From: an uncultured Acetobacteraceae bacterium
Lineage (GTDB): Bacteria > Pseudomonadota > Alphaproteobacteria > Acetobacterales > Acetobacteraceae
Length of the DNA: 64,000 nucleotides
Reading direction: 5' to 3'
NCBI GenBank assembly: GCA_964246925.1
Contig: CAXTSH010000001.1
Span: forward strand, 15,348 to 79,347
The notes beneath the pieces are model-generated. The model ran no database searches. It worked only from the letters and a program-made list of their open reading frames with translations, and had not been told where the DNA came from. This document shows positions 1 to 8,516 of this stretch, piece after piece (position 1 is the first letter of the stretch; each line of letters begins with the position of its first letter). A program made the position numbers and the translations under genes.

Positions 1-596
1 ACCGAAAAGACCGCCGAAGGCCGGGCAAGGACGGCTTGCTCACCGGCGCCGTAGCCCATGGTCTGGAAGGATGGCGAGGGGCCCGAGGCAGGGATCACCA
101 CCTGCATGGTCTCGCGCCCGACCACGATCGCAAGACCGCGTCGCCAGGGTGCGACCTGGAACCGGTTCTCCCGATAGAATGCGCCAGCCGCTCCGCCATC
201 AACGGGGCGAAACGACAGCGAGGCCGGAGAAGCCTCCGATGCGGGCGTGTCGGAGACGAACAGCTTGTCGACGTAACGCACGGCGATCCTGCCGCCCGCG
301 GTCTCGGTCAGGTCGTAAGGAACGCCTCCATCCCGGAGGCCCTGCGACGGACCAAGATTGACGAACTGCCGGCCGTCGTAGCCGAACACCCCGTGCTCGG
401 AACAGACGAGGATGTGGCCGGGACGGTCGCTGGTCAGACAGGCGCCGGCCAGGTTGGTCAGTCCCTCGGAGGCGCCGTAACCGCGGAACGAGAAACGCTC
501 GGCGTGCGCGTGGAGCTGCGTTACGGTCGATGCCAGGATCGCCAGGAGGAACTTGAGCCACTTGGCGGGGCGACGTCTCCGAACGCTGCAGTCCAT
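1..596 (-). CDS. Partial CDS (N-terminal ~198 aa, runs off the window start): membrane/secreted sensor with beta-propeller-type repeats (two-component-regulator-propeller-like)
   Basis: Absent from the ORF track because it has no stop inside the window. ATG at 596 (cat 594-596 on +). I checked that this phase has no TTA/CTA/TCA down to base 1. The translation starts MDCSVRRRRPAKWLKFLLAILASTVTQLHAHAERFSFRGYGASEGLTNLAGACLTSDRPGHILVCSEHGVFGYDGRQFVNLGPSQGLRDGGVPYDLTETAGGRIAVRYV... It has a hydrophobic N-terminus and G-x-F-x-YDG-x-F..GL repeat motifs. The listed + ORF 36..716 is its antisense shadow. Confidence 0.5.
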   Translation of the reverse strand, partial: MDCSVRRRRPAKWLKFLLAILASTVTQLHAHAERFSFRGYGASEGLTNLAGACLTSDRPGHILVCSEHGVFGYDGRQFVNLGPSQGLRDGGVPYDLTETAGGRIAVRYVDKLFVSDTPASEASPASLSFRPVDGGAAGAFYRENRFQVAPWRRGLAIVVGRETMQVVIPASGPSPSFQTMGYGAGEQAVLARPSAVFS

Positions 597-681
597 GCAG
601 ACTCCAGACCCGACATGATCTCACGCCGTCGGCGCGCTCCGCATAGTGGCCACAGGCGGGGGACGCACACAACCGAAGGTT

Positions 682-709
682 CTCCGCTCCGTCCACGGAC
701 GGAGCGGAG
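682..709 (-). terminator. Perfect 13-bp GC-rich inverted repeat (CTCCGCTCCGTCC / GGACGGAGCGGAG) between the small ORF 759..965 and the sensor gene
   Basis: Read directly from the sequence. There is no U-tract, so it is a hairpin of uncertain role (terminator or 5' UTR structure). Confidence 0.4.
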
Positions 710-758
710 CTCATGACATCAACTCGGACCGCTGCCCCGGACTACGTCGTCGACACCC

Positions 759-965
759 TCACGGGTAATGATGGATGCAGTCCTGTCCCTTCCCGCCGAC
801 GCCGTAGCCGGTGGAGAGGACGCGAACAGGCGACTGAGGCAGAGCTTTCGGCGAGCTCGACGCAGACACGCCTGCCGGCGCGTGCGGCGCCGAAGCGACT
901 GCGATGACGGCGACGGATGCCGCGACGAGCCCGCGCAGGGTATTGCGAACGCGTTTGTCGAACAT
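759..965 (-). CDS. Small secreted protein (68 aa), unknown function
   Basis: ATG at 965 is preceded by GAGAGGGAAACAAC (SD-like). The N-terminus MFDKRVRNTLRGLVAASVAVIAVASAPHAPA looks like a signal peptide. The mature part is Ser/Pro/Gly-rich with a single Cys. It lies directly downstream of the S53 pair on the same strand. Confidence 0.4.
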   Translation of the reverse strand: MFDKRVRNTLRGLVAASVAVIAVASAPHAPAGVSASSSPKALPQSPVRVLSTGYGVGGKGQDCIHHYP

Positions 966-974
966 GTTGTTTCC

Positions 975-1013
975 CTCTCTGTCCGTCGGGCGTGATGCCC
1001 GACAGACAGAGAG
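975..1013 (-). promoter_or_regulatory. 17-bp stem (1 mismatch) / 5-nt loop hairpin between the S53 stop (1148) and the small-ORF start (965)
   Basis: Arms are CTCTCTGTCCGTCGGGC gtgat GCCCGACAGACAGAGAG. On the minus-strand transcript the 3' arm ends in ...GACAGAGAG, immediately followed by GGAAACAAC-ATG. The SD-like purine run is therefore partly inside the stem. Confidence 0.4.
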
Positions 1014-1147
1014 GTATAGGGAGACGATCGGATTGCTATACAGGAGTGCCGGCGGCGACCGTGCGCCGTTGTCCTGACGGAAGCGTTACGACATCATTGT
1101 CGAAGTATCTCAGCAGGTGCTTGTTATTGTAGAGGGTGGATCGCGTC

Positions 1148-3307
1148 TCAGTCGAAGTCGATATAGTTGATGATCAGGTTGGTGATGTTGATCGTGCCGA
1201 GACCGGTCGAGAGATCGTAGCCGCTGGTTGCCTTGAAGGCGGCGCCCGACGTCGAATTGGTGGTCGACAAGATGCCGATGCCGGCGGTCGCGTTGGCGTT
1301 CGTCACGCAGTTCGGTGTCCCCGCCTGGCAGGCGGCGGTGTTGTCACCGACCGTCACGTCGTTGAACACGCAGGCTGGCGACACCGCCTTGCCGTTGGTC
1401 GAGTCGCAAGCGTCGACCAGGACCGGGTTTGAGAACTGGAGCTGCGCGATCTGGTAGAGGCGGGGTGCCATGTTGCCGGCGCGGAAACCGTCATACTGCG
1501 CGACCAGGGCGGCGACACCGGCGAAGTCGGGTGCGCCGAACGAGGTGCCGCCGTAGGCTGAATCGAGGAAGTCGGTCGGATTGCTGTAGTCGCACGGAGC
1601 GCCGCCGTAACCCTTGGCGGTGTTGGACATGCATTCGAGATAGAAATGATTCCAGAAGCCGTTGGCCGCGAACAGCGAGACGTCGGGCAGGTCGCGGACG
1701 CCGTCGTCCGGCACGCCGAGGAGCGAGGTCGACTGGTAGTCGGGCTTGGCAAACAGGAGGCTCTGGCCGCCGCCACCGCCGACCGCGTTCTGGTAGCTGG
1801 CTTTCGGCGTGGCGAGATTGCAGTTGATGATCGGGCCGGCTTCACCGAGGTATTTGGTGATGACGGCGTTGGTGCAGGAATTGTCCCAGGGGATTTCAGG
1901 AATATAGGATTTGGCCGAGCCGCCGGTCGTGCTGTTGGTCGCCGACCAGAACTTGGCATTCTCGCCAAGGGCGGTGTCGAGGAAGTCGGTGCCGCCGACC
2001 GCGGTGTCGTAGGGCGGGGAGGCGAGCCCGTTGACGCCGAGCCCGTCGGTAACCAGCGTGTCCTCGTCGCACTGCGCGTCGGCGGCATCGCCTGCCGAGA
2101 CGAAGATCGGGATGCCTTCCGCGGCACCCTCCTCGATCAGGTTCGTCCAGCCCGCTTCGAACGTCAGGCCTTGGCCCTGCTCGCAGCCCTGGTAGGAGAT
2201 CGAGATCGCGACCGCCGGAGTGCCGAGCTCGACCAGGTTGGCCAGCGTCGTTTCGACCCCGAAGGTCGTCTCCGTTCCGGCGCATGATTCGAGATCGATG
2301 GCGGCGTCCGGAGCGACGGAGCTCGACCACTCGGCGTCGATGGCCGCTTCGACCTCGTCCGCCTCGGTGAAGCCTGGATCGGCGCAGCCGCCCGGGTGCG
2401 CGATGCTCAGCGTGCCTTTGTAGCCAGACAGACCGAAGGTCGAGCGGAACGTCTTCCAGTCGGCCGGATTGATGTCGGTCTGCTCGGCGACGACAAGGGT
2501 CTCGCCCGCGCCGGTGATCTTCTCGCCGATGACGGGCGCACCGGTGAAAGCCTGGTTCTCGCTGTAGATGGTGGCGAAGTCCGACGGAGTGACCGCGTAG
2601 AAGGTCGTGCCCTGTGCCGCCATCGTGTAGCTGGTGCCGACCCGACGGACCTTTGCTGCCGCCAGCGAGGCGGCGGAGAGCGAAGGCGCGCGCACCAGCG
2701 CCGGCTTGGGAAAGAAATTGTCCAGACCGACGCCCGCGACCACTGGCGACAACGCCGCCGGGATCGCGGGCGCGCTCGCGGGGGCGATGTGAGACTCGCC
2801 GCTGCGCGCAAACGCGTGCATCGCCGTATGAAAGGCGCCGTTGACGGCGGCGACGGTGCCGGCGAAGTCAATCGACATCAGGGTAGGCGACACGCGATTG
2901 ACCGTCAGTCCCTTCGACTGCAGCCAGGAGACAGTCGCCGCCACGTCGGCGGCGGCCGGACCGTAGTCGGAAGCCAGCTTCGCGGGCGTGAGCCACTGGT
3001 GAAAGGACGCGGAGCCGGGTGTCGTCTGGGCTGCGACAAGCGCGTCGAGCGCCGCCTGGCGGGCCGCCGGGCGTTTGAGCAGCAGCGTCACGTGCGTCAG
3101 GGCGTGGCTCGCAGCCAGCGCGCCCGCGTCGGTCGACGTGGCGAGCGCGCCGGGAACGGACGATGCGAGGGAGACGGTGTCGGTGTCGGACACCGCACCG
3201 GTGACGAGCGGGATGGCGGCTGGCGCGGCTGCCATGGCCGCCGCGGGCGCGAGAGCGGCGAAGACGCAGGCGATCGCTCCGCGTCCGATCGATCGTTGTC
3301 TGATCAA
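1148..3307 (-). CDS. S53 family serine peptidase (sedolisin/kumamolisin-like) with pro-kumamolisin activation domain, secreted
   Basis: 719 aa. Signal peptide (AIACVFAALAPAAAMAAAP). Prodomain-like HQWLTPAKLASDYGP...WLQSKGLTVN. SAGD and GGTSFGAPDFAGVAALV (GTS nucleophile motif of S53). C-terminal GYDLSTGLG. TTG start with GGAGTTC upstream. Confidence 0.85.
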   Translation of the reverse strand: MIRQRSIGRGAIACVFAALAPAAAMAAAPAAIPLVTGAVSDTDTVSLASSVPGALATSTDAGALAASHALTHVTLLLKRPAARQAALDALVAAQTTPGSASFHQWLTPAKLASDYGPAAADVAATVSWLQSKGLTVNRVSPTLMSIDFAGTVAAVNGAFHTAMHAFARSGESHIAPASAPAIPAALSPVVAGVGLDNFFPKPALVRAPSLSAASLAAAKVRRVGTSYTMAAQGTTFYAVTPSDFATIYSENQAFTGAPVIGEKITGAGETLVVAEQTDINPADWKTFRSTFGLSGYKGTLSIAHPGGCADPGFTEADEVEAAIDAEWSSSVAPDAAIDLESCAGTETTFGVETTLANLVELGTPAVAISISYQGCEQGQGLTFEAGWTNLIEEGAAEGIPIFVSAGDAADAQCDEDTLVTDGLGVNGLASPPYDTAVGGTDFLDTALGENAKFWSATNSTTGGSAKSYIPEIPWDNSCTNAVITKYLGEAGPIINCNLATPKASYQNAVGGGGGQSLLFAKPDYQSTSLLGVPDDGVRDLPDVSLFAANGFWNHFYLECMSNTAKGYGGAPCDYSNPTDFLDSAYGGTSFGAPDFAGVAALVAQYDGFRAGNMAPRLYQIAQLQFSNPVLVDACDSTNGKAVSPACVFNDVTVGDNTAACQAGTPNCVTNANATAGIGILSTTNSTSGAAFKATSGYDLSTGLGTINITNLIINYIDFD

Positions 3308-3356
3308 GGCGAGAACTCCACGAAGCGGTTGGGTTATCCGGGATCCCGGGCGCGAG

Positions 3357-3389
3357 CGAATGGGGCGGAGGATCGCTCCGCCCCATTCG
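3357..3389 (-). terminator. 14-bp GC hairpin (CGAATGGGGCGGAG gatcg CTCCGCCCCATTCG) just downstream of the second S53 gene
   Basis: Read directly. It lies 4 nt after the stop at 3393. No clear U-tract. Confidence 0.5.
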
Positions 3390-3392
3390 GTG

Positions 3393-5552
3393 TCAGTCGA
3401 AGTTGAGGTAGTTGATGATCAGGTTGGTCACGTTGATGGTGCCAAGACCGGTCGCCAGGTCGTAACCGGGCGTGCTCGGGAAAGCGGCATCCTTCGGCGA
3501 GCTGGTGGTCGAGAGCACGCCGATGCCCATCGTCGCGTTGGCGTTGACCGCACAATTCGGCGAGCCGGCCGCACAGGGCGCCGTGTTGTCGCCGACGGTC
3601 ACGTCATTGAACACGCAGGCGTGCGAGATCGACGCGCCGTTTGTCGAATTGCAGGTTTTGGCGAGCACTGAGTTGGAGAACTGCAATTGCGCGATCTGGT
3701 AGAGGCGCGGTGCCATGTTGCCGGCCCGGAAGCCGTCATATTGCGCCACCAACGCCGCGACGCCGGCAAAGTCGGGCGCGCCGAACGACGTGCCGCCATA
3801 GGCTGAGTCAAAGAAATCGTCGGCATTGGTGTAGTCGCACGGTGCGCCGCCGAAGCCCTTGGCGGTGTTGGACATGCACTCGAGATAGAAATGGTTCCAG
3901 AAGCCGTTGGCTGCAAAGAACGAGATGTCGGGTATGTCGCGCACGCCGTCGTTCGGGACGCCGAGCAGCGACGTGGACTGATAGTCAGGCTTGGGGAACA
4001 GGATGCTCTGGCCGCCGCTGCCGCCAACCGAGTTCTGGTAGCTCGCCTTCGGTATCTTGAGATTGCAGTTGATGATCGGCCCAGGCTCGCCGACATAGGT
4101 GTAGTTCACGACATTGGAACAACCGTTGTCCCACGGGATTTCGGGGATGTAGGACTTGGCCGAACCGCCGGTGCTGCTGTTGGTCGCGTTCCAGTATTTG
4201 CTGTTCTCACCCAATGCGGTGTCGAGGAAATCGGTCCCCCCGACCGCGGTATCGTACGGCGGGGTCGCGAGTCCGTTGACGGCGAGCCCGTCGGTCGCGA
4301 TCGCGTCCTCATCGCAGCCGGCGGCCGCACTGTCCCCCGACGAGACAAAGATCGGAATGCCTTCGGATGCGCCCTCCTCGATCAGGTTGGTCCAGCCCTG
4401 TTCGAACGTCAGACCCTGAGCCTGCTCGCAACCGCCATAGGAGATCGAGATCGCGACCGCCGGCGTGCCGAGCTCGACGAGGTTGGCGAGCGTCGTCTCG
4501 ACGCCGAACGTCGTTTCGGTGCTGGCGCAGGCCGCGACCTGGACGGCCGCGTCAGGGGCGACCGAACTCGACCACTCGGCGTCGATGGCCGCCTCCGTCT
4601 CGTCGCCGGGCGAGAAGCCCGGATCGGCGCAGCCACCCGGATGAGTGATGGCGAGCGTGCCCTTGTAGCCGGAGAGCCCGAAGGTGGAACGGAAGGTGTT
4701 CCAGTCGGCCGGGTTGATGTCGGTCTGCTCGGCCACCACGAGGGTCTGCCCGGCACCGGTGATCTTCTCGCCGATCACCGGCGAACCGGTGAACGCCTGG
4801 TTCTCGCTGTAGATCGTCGCAAAATCCGACGGCGTGACCGCGTAGTAGGTCGTGCCCTGCACCGTGGCGGTGTAGTTGCTGCCGACTTTCTTGATCTTGG
4901 CCGCGGCCAGCTGGGCGGTCGACAGCGCCGGATGCGGAATCAGTTGCGGCTTGGGGAAGAAGTTGCTGAGCGAGGCGCCGGCCACGACCGGCGCAAGTGC
5001 TGCCGGGATGGAAGGGGTGCTCGACGCGGCAAAGTGCGCCGCCCCGGCGAGCTGGTAGGTGTGCAGCTCGGTGTGGAAGGCGGCGTTCACGGAAGCGGCG
5101 CTGCCGGTAAAGTCGATCGACATGCCCGTCGGCGAGACGCGGTTGACGGTCATCCCGCGCGCCGCCAGCCAGTCGACCGTCGTCGCGATGTCGGCCGGCG
5201 CCGGGCCGTAGTCCGAGGCAAGCTTCGTGGGGGTCAGCCACTGGTGGTAGGCGGATGATTTCGGGTCGGTCTGGGCGGCGACGAGCGCGTCGAGCGCCGC
5301 CTGTCGTGCGGGCGAGCGCTTAAGGATCAGTTGCAGGTGCGCGAGGCTGTGCGATGCGGCAAGCGAACCGGTGTCGGTCGCGATCTTGACGGCGCCGGAC
5401 AACGATCCGGGGATCGCGACCGTGTCCGCGTCGCTGACCTCGCCGGTGACGAGCGGCGTGGTGGCGGGTGAAGACGCGTAGGCGAATGCCGGCGCGCAGA
5501 ATGACACTGCGCAGCCCAACAGGGCGCGCTTGAGGCTCGATCGTGAGTGCAA
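3393..5552 (-). CDS. S53 family serine peptidase, tandem paralogue of 1148..3307
   Basis: The ORF is open to 5675. TTG at 5552 (preceded by GGAGTTCCGCA) gives exactly 719 aa / 2160 nt, the same as the neighbour, and starts just before the signal peptide (LKRALLGCAVSFCAPAFAYASS). It has the same SGD and GGTSFGAPDFAGVAALV motifs and long runs identical to the paralogue. Confidence 0.85.
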   Translation of the reverse strand: MHSRSSLKRALLGCAVSFCAPAFAYASSPATTPLVTGEVSDADTVAIPGSLSGAVKIATDTGSLAASHSLAHLQLILKRSPARQAALDALVAAQTDPKSSAYHQWLTPTKLASDYGPAPADIATTVDWLAARGMTVNRVSPTGMSIDFTGSAASVNAAFHTELHTYQLAGAAHFAASSTPSIPAALAPVVAGASLSNFFPKPQLIPHPALSTAQLAAAKIKKVGSNYTATVQGTTYYAVTPSDFATIYSENQAFTGSPVIGEKITGAGQTLVVAEQTDINPADWNTFRSTFGLSGYKGTLAITHPGGCADPGFSPGDETEAAIDAEWSSSVAPDAAVQVAACASTETTFGVETTLANLVELGTPAVAISISYGGCEQAQGLTFEQGWTNLIEEGASEGIPIFVSSGDSAAAGCDEDAIATDGLAVNGLATPPYDTAVGGTDFLDTALGENSKYWNATNSSTGGSAKSYIPEIPWDNGCSNVVNYTYVGEPGPIINCNLKIPKASYQNSVGGSGGQSILFPKPDYQSTSLLGVPNDGVRDIPDISFFAANGFWNHFYLECMSNTAKGFGGAPCDYTNADDFFDSAYGGTSFGAPDFAGVAALVAQYDGFRAGNMAPRLYQIAQLQFSNSVLAKTCNSTNGASISHACVFNDVTVGDNTAPCAAGSPNCAVNANATMGIGVLSTTSSPKDAAFPSTPGYDLATGLGTINVTNLIINYLNFD

Positions 5553-5720
5553 ATGCGGAACTCCGTTTCCTCTCGGGCGAGAGGGCGTTTGGTCCGCGTG
5601 AGGCGTTCCCGTCTGGCGTGTCGGCTTGGCGCCGACGTTGGGCCGGAAACTATCCGGCTTGTTATGGTGTGGCAATCCGTCGCGGACGCCCCTGGTCAGG
5701 CGGGGCGGAACCCCAGGGCT

Positions 5721-6551
5721 CTACAGCATCTCCAGAGACCGCCTGCCGTCTGGTGGAGGAAAGGCACCGTCGATTAAGGCGACATCCTCAGCGCTCAACG
5801 CGAGGTTCGCCGCTCGGGCGTTCTCGCGCACGTGCTCAGGATCGGAGGCCTTCGGGATGGAAATCACTCCCGGTCTGCGCATCGACCAGGCGATCGCCAC
5901 CATGGCGGGACTGACGCCGTGGCGGCGGGCAACCTCAACGATGGCGCGGTTCTGCAGCAGCCGGCCGCCCTGCCCGACCGGCGAGTAGGCCATCACCGCC
6001 ATGCTGCGCGCCGCGCACCACGGCAGCAGGTCGAACTCAATGCCGCGCGCCTGCGGATTGTAGAGGACCTGGTTGGCGGCGCACTCGTCTCCCGCCGTCA
6101 TTGCGACGAGCTCCTCGAGATCGTCGGTATCGAAGTTCGACACGCCCCAGCGCGCGATGTCGCCCTTGTCACGCAGCCGCTCGAAGGCCTCGACTACGGT
6201 CGCCAGGTCCTCACCGCTGCGCCAATGCAGCAGATAAAGATCGATCCGTTCGCAGCCGAGGCGCCTGAGGCTTTGGGCACATGCTTTCGGGATGCCCGAT
6301 CGCGTCGCGTTGGACGGAAGCACCTTGGTGACGACGAACACTTCGTCACGGCGGCCGGCGATCGCCTCGCCGACGAGCGTCTCGGATGCTCCATCGCCAT
6401 ACATCTCGGCGGTGTCGATCAGCGTCATGCCGAGATCAAGTCCAAGACTCAACGCCGCCCGCTCGGTGTCGCGTTGCCGGCGATCGCCCATCTTCCACGT
6501 GCCGAGGCCGAGCGACGGGACGGAAATCCCGTCGGAAAGCGACACCGTCAC
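5721..6551 (-). CDS. Aldo/keto reductase family oxidoreductase
   Basis: 276 aa. N-terminal VPSLGLGTWKMG, IDTAEMYG and LDLYLLHW-type motifs are typical of AKRs. GTG start. Confidence 0.85.
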   Translation of the reverse strand: MTVSLSDGISVPSLGLGTWKMGDRRQRDTERAALSLGLDLGMTLIDTAEMYGDGASETLVGEAIAGRRDEVFVVTKVLPSNATRSGIPKACAQSLRRLGCERIDLYLLHWRSGEDLATVVEAFERLRDKGDIARWGVSNFDTDDLEELVAMTAGDECAANQVLYNPQARGIEFDLLPWCAARSMAVMAYSPVGQGGRLLQNRAIVEVARRHGVSPAMVAIAWSMRRPGVISIPKASDPEHVRENARAANLALSAEDVALIDGAFPPPDGRRSLEML

Positions 6552-6706
6552 GGCGCCTTCTCCTCGCCAGGTTTGCCGTGCGAGACCTCGCTCTGAAGCC
6601 GGTCGTCGTGCGGGCCGCCCTTGGCTTCGCCCTCCTCCATCTCCGGCGGGATGCCCCGTTTCTCACGCTCCTGCTCGGTCTTCGCCTTGTCGGTCCGGTC
6701 TGTCAT
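6548..6706 (-). CDS. Unlisted small ORF (52 aa), highly charged hydrophilic protein
   Basis: Below the ORF-track size cut-off. ATG at 6706 is preceded by GGAGAGGGCAAC. Translation: MTDRTDKAKTEQEREKRGIPPEMEEGEAKGGPHDDRLQSEVSHGKPGEEKAP. Its TGA (6550..6548) overlaps the GTG start (6551..6549) of the AKR gene (GTGA), which suggests translational coupling. Confidence 0.4.
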   Translation of the reverse strand: MTDRTDKAKTEQEREKRGIPPEMEEGEAKGGPHDDRLQSEVSHGKPGEEKAP

Positions 6707-6814
6707 GTTGCCCTCTCCGCAACAGAGAACGCGCCCGCAGCACCTGGTTCGCCGGGGCTATCGCGACATCGCCGCCTGGTCCAGGTTACGCCCGCAACAG
6801 CATGGCTGAATGAG

Positions 6815-7405
6815 ATGGAGCTGCCGTTCAGGATCACCGTGTGCGGGCTGCACGAGCTGTCGGGTCATGCGGCCGCAGGTGTCACGCACGTCCTGTCGAT
6901 CCTCGATCCCGACACGCCATCGCCGACTGACTTCGGCGATTACGGCGAACACGCGCGGCTCGAGCTGCGCTTCAACGATGTCATCGAGATGTCACCGGGC
7001 CAGGTCCCGCCGACCGAGGCGGACATTCGCAAGCTGCTGGCCTTCGGCCGCGACCTCGATGCGGCCATGCCGACCGGCGCGCGCCTCCTGGTTCATTGCC
7101 ACGCGGGTGTCTCGCGTTCGTCGGCGTCGATGGCGCTCCTGCTTGCTCAGGCGACGCGCGAGCGTTCCGGTGAGGAGATCTTTGCCGAAATCCTGCAGAT
7201 CCGTCCGCAGATCTGGCCCAACCTGCGCATCATCGAGCTGGGCGACGCGCTGCTCGGGCGGGACGGCGAGCTGGTCCGAGCGGCCGGCGGCGTCTACCGC
7301 CTGCAGGCGCAACGGCGCGCCGACCTGATCGACGAAATGCGGACGAACGGCCGCGCCCGAGAGATCGCGATCGCGCTGGCGAAGGCGCCGGTCAAGCCCT
7401 CCTGA
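6815..7405 (+). CDS. Protein tyrosine/dual-specificity phosphatase-like protein
   Basis: Started at ATG 6815 (MELPFRITVCGL...). Has the CX5R active-site loop VHCHAGVSRSSA. The 3' end overlaps the convergent aminotransferase gene by 14 nt. Confidence 0.7.
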   Translation: MELPFRITVCGLHELSGHAAAGVTHVLSILDPDTPSPTDFGDYGEHARLELRFNDVIEMSPGQVPPTEADIRKLLAFGRDLDAAMPTGARLLVHCHAGVSRSSASMALLLAQATRERSGEEIFAEILQIRPQIWPNLRIIELGDALLGRDGELVRAAGGVYRLQAQRRADLIDEMRTNGRAREIAIALAKAPVKPS

Positions 7406-8516
7406 CCGCTTCGCACACCTGCTCGACGTGCGCGTCAGTGAGATCGGCGTGAATGGGCAGTGCCAGGATCCTGGTCGAGACCGCTTCGGCGGCCGGCAGG
7501 CGTGCGCCGTCGTGGTGCTTCGCGTAGGCCGGCTGCGCGTGCAGTGGCCTCGGATAGTAGATCGCCGTCGGCACGCGGGAGTCGTCGAGGTGTGTGCGAA
7601 GATTGTCGCGCGACGCCTGGTCGGGCAGCAGGATGGAATAGACCGACCAGGCACTCTCGCTGTGCGGCACGCGCGCCGGGGTCTGAACGAGGCCGCCAAG
7701 CTCGGCGTCGTACTGTCTGGCGATCGCCTCCCGACGCGCCAGCTCGGCCTCGAAGACCTCGAGCTTGGCGAGCAGCACGGCGGCCTGCAGCGTGTCGAGC
7801 CGCCCGTTCATGCCGGTATGGAGCACTTCGTAGCGTGTGCCGCCCTCGCCATGCGAGCGCAGGCTTCGGTAGAGCGCGGCACGCTCGGCACTTTCGGTGA
7901 ACAGGGCACCGCCGTCGCCGTAGGCGCCCAGCGGCTTTGACGGAAAGAAGCTGGCCGCGGTCGCGTCCGCCTCGCGTCCGAGCCGTCGGCCGCCGAGGGA
8001 AGCGCCGAAGCTCTGGGCGCAGTCGTCGAGCAGAAACAGGCCGCGGCTCGCGGCGATGTCACGCAGTGCTGGCCAAGGCGCCGGCTGTCCGAAGAGATCG
8101 ACGCCCACGATCGCCCGTGGCTGCAGCGAGCCGCGTGCGACCGTCTCGATGCGGGCGGCAAGGTTTAGGGGGTCGATCTGGAAAGTCGCGGGATCGACGT
8201 CGACGAACACCGGCGTCGCCCCGAGCACAAGCGGCACCTCGGCGGTCGCGGTATAGGTGAAGGCGGGCAGGAACACCACGTCACCCCGGCCGATGCCTTC
8301 GGCCATCATGGCGATCTGCAGCGCGTCGGTTCCGGACGAGACCGTGACGCAATGCGCAGCTCCGCAGAAGGCGGCGAGCCGCTGCTCGAGCTCGACGACT
8401 TCCGGACCCAGAATGAAACGGCAATGCGCCAGCACGGCCTCGATCCGGGCGCTCAGCGCGGGCTGGATCCGCCGCTGCTGGGCGGCGAGGTCGAGGAAGG
8501 GGACGGCTTCGGTCAC
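7392..8516 (-). CDS. DegT/DnrJ/EryC1/StrS family PLP-dependent sugar aminotransferase (PglE/WbpE-like)
   Basis: 374 aa. N-terminal VPFLDLAAQ, typical fold-type I sugar aminotransferase length and motifs (SFFPSKPLGAYGDGG). 4-nt overlap with the upstream dehydratase gene. Confidence 0.9.
   Translation of the reverse strand: MTEAVPFLDLAAQQRRIQPALSARIEAVLAHCRFILGPEVVELEQRLAAFCGAAHCVTVSSGTDALQIAMMAEGIGRGDVVFLPAFTYTATAEVPLVLGATPVFVDVDPATFQIDPLNLAARIETVARGSLQPRAIVGVDLFGQPAPWPALRDIAASRGLFLLDDCAQSFGASLGGRRLGREADATAASFFPSKPLGAYGDGGALFTESAERAALYRSLRSHGEGGTRYEVLHTGMNGRLDTLQAAVLLAKLEVFEAELARREAIARQYDAELGGLVQTPARVPHSESAWSVYSILLPDQASRDNLRTHLDDSRVPTAIYYPRPLHAQPAYAKHHDGARLPAAEAVSTRILALPIHADLTDAHVEQVCEAVRRA

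Noticed and set aside
199-714. 171-aa minus-strand ORF and the 226-aa + ORF 36..716 at the window start
   Set aside because: Both are Arg/Pro-rich. The third minus-strand phase, which is unlisted and open to the window edge, gives a sensible signal peptide plus propeller-repeat sequence.
5553-5675. Upstream 41-codon extension of the second S53 gene
   Set aside because: The extension (MPHHNKPDSFRPNVGAKPTRQ...) precedes the signal peptide and has no counterpart in the paralogue. TTG 5552 with a GGAG SD gives an identical length to the neighbour.
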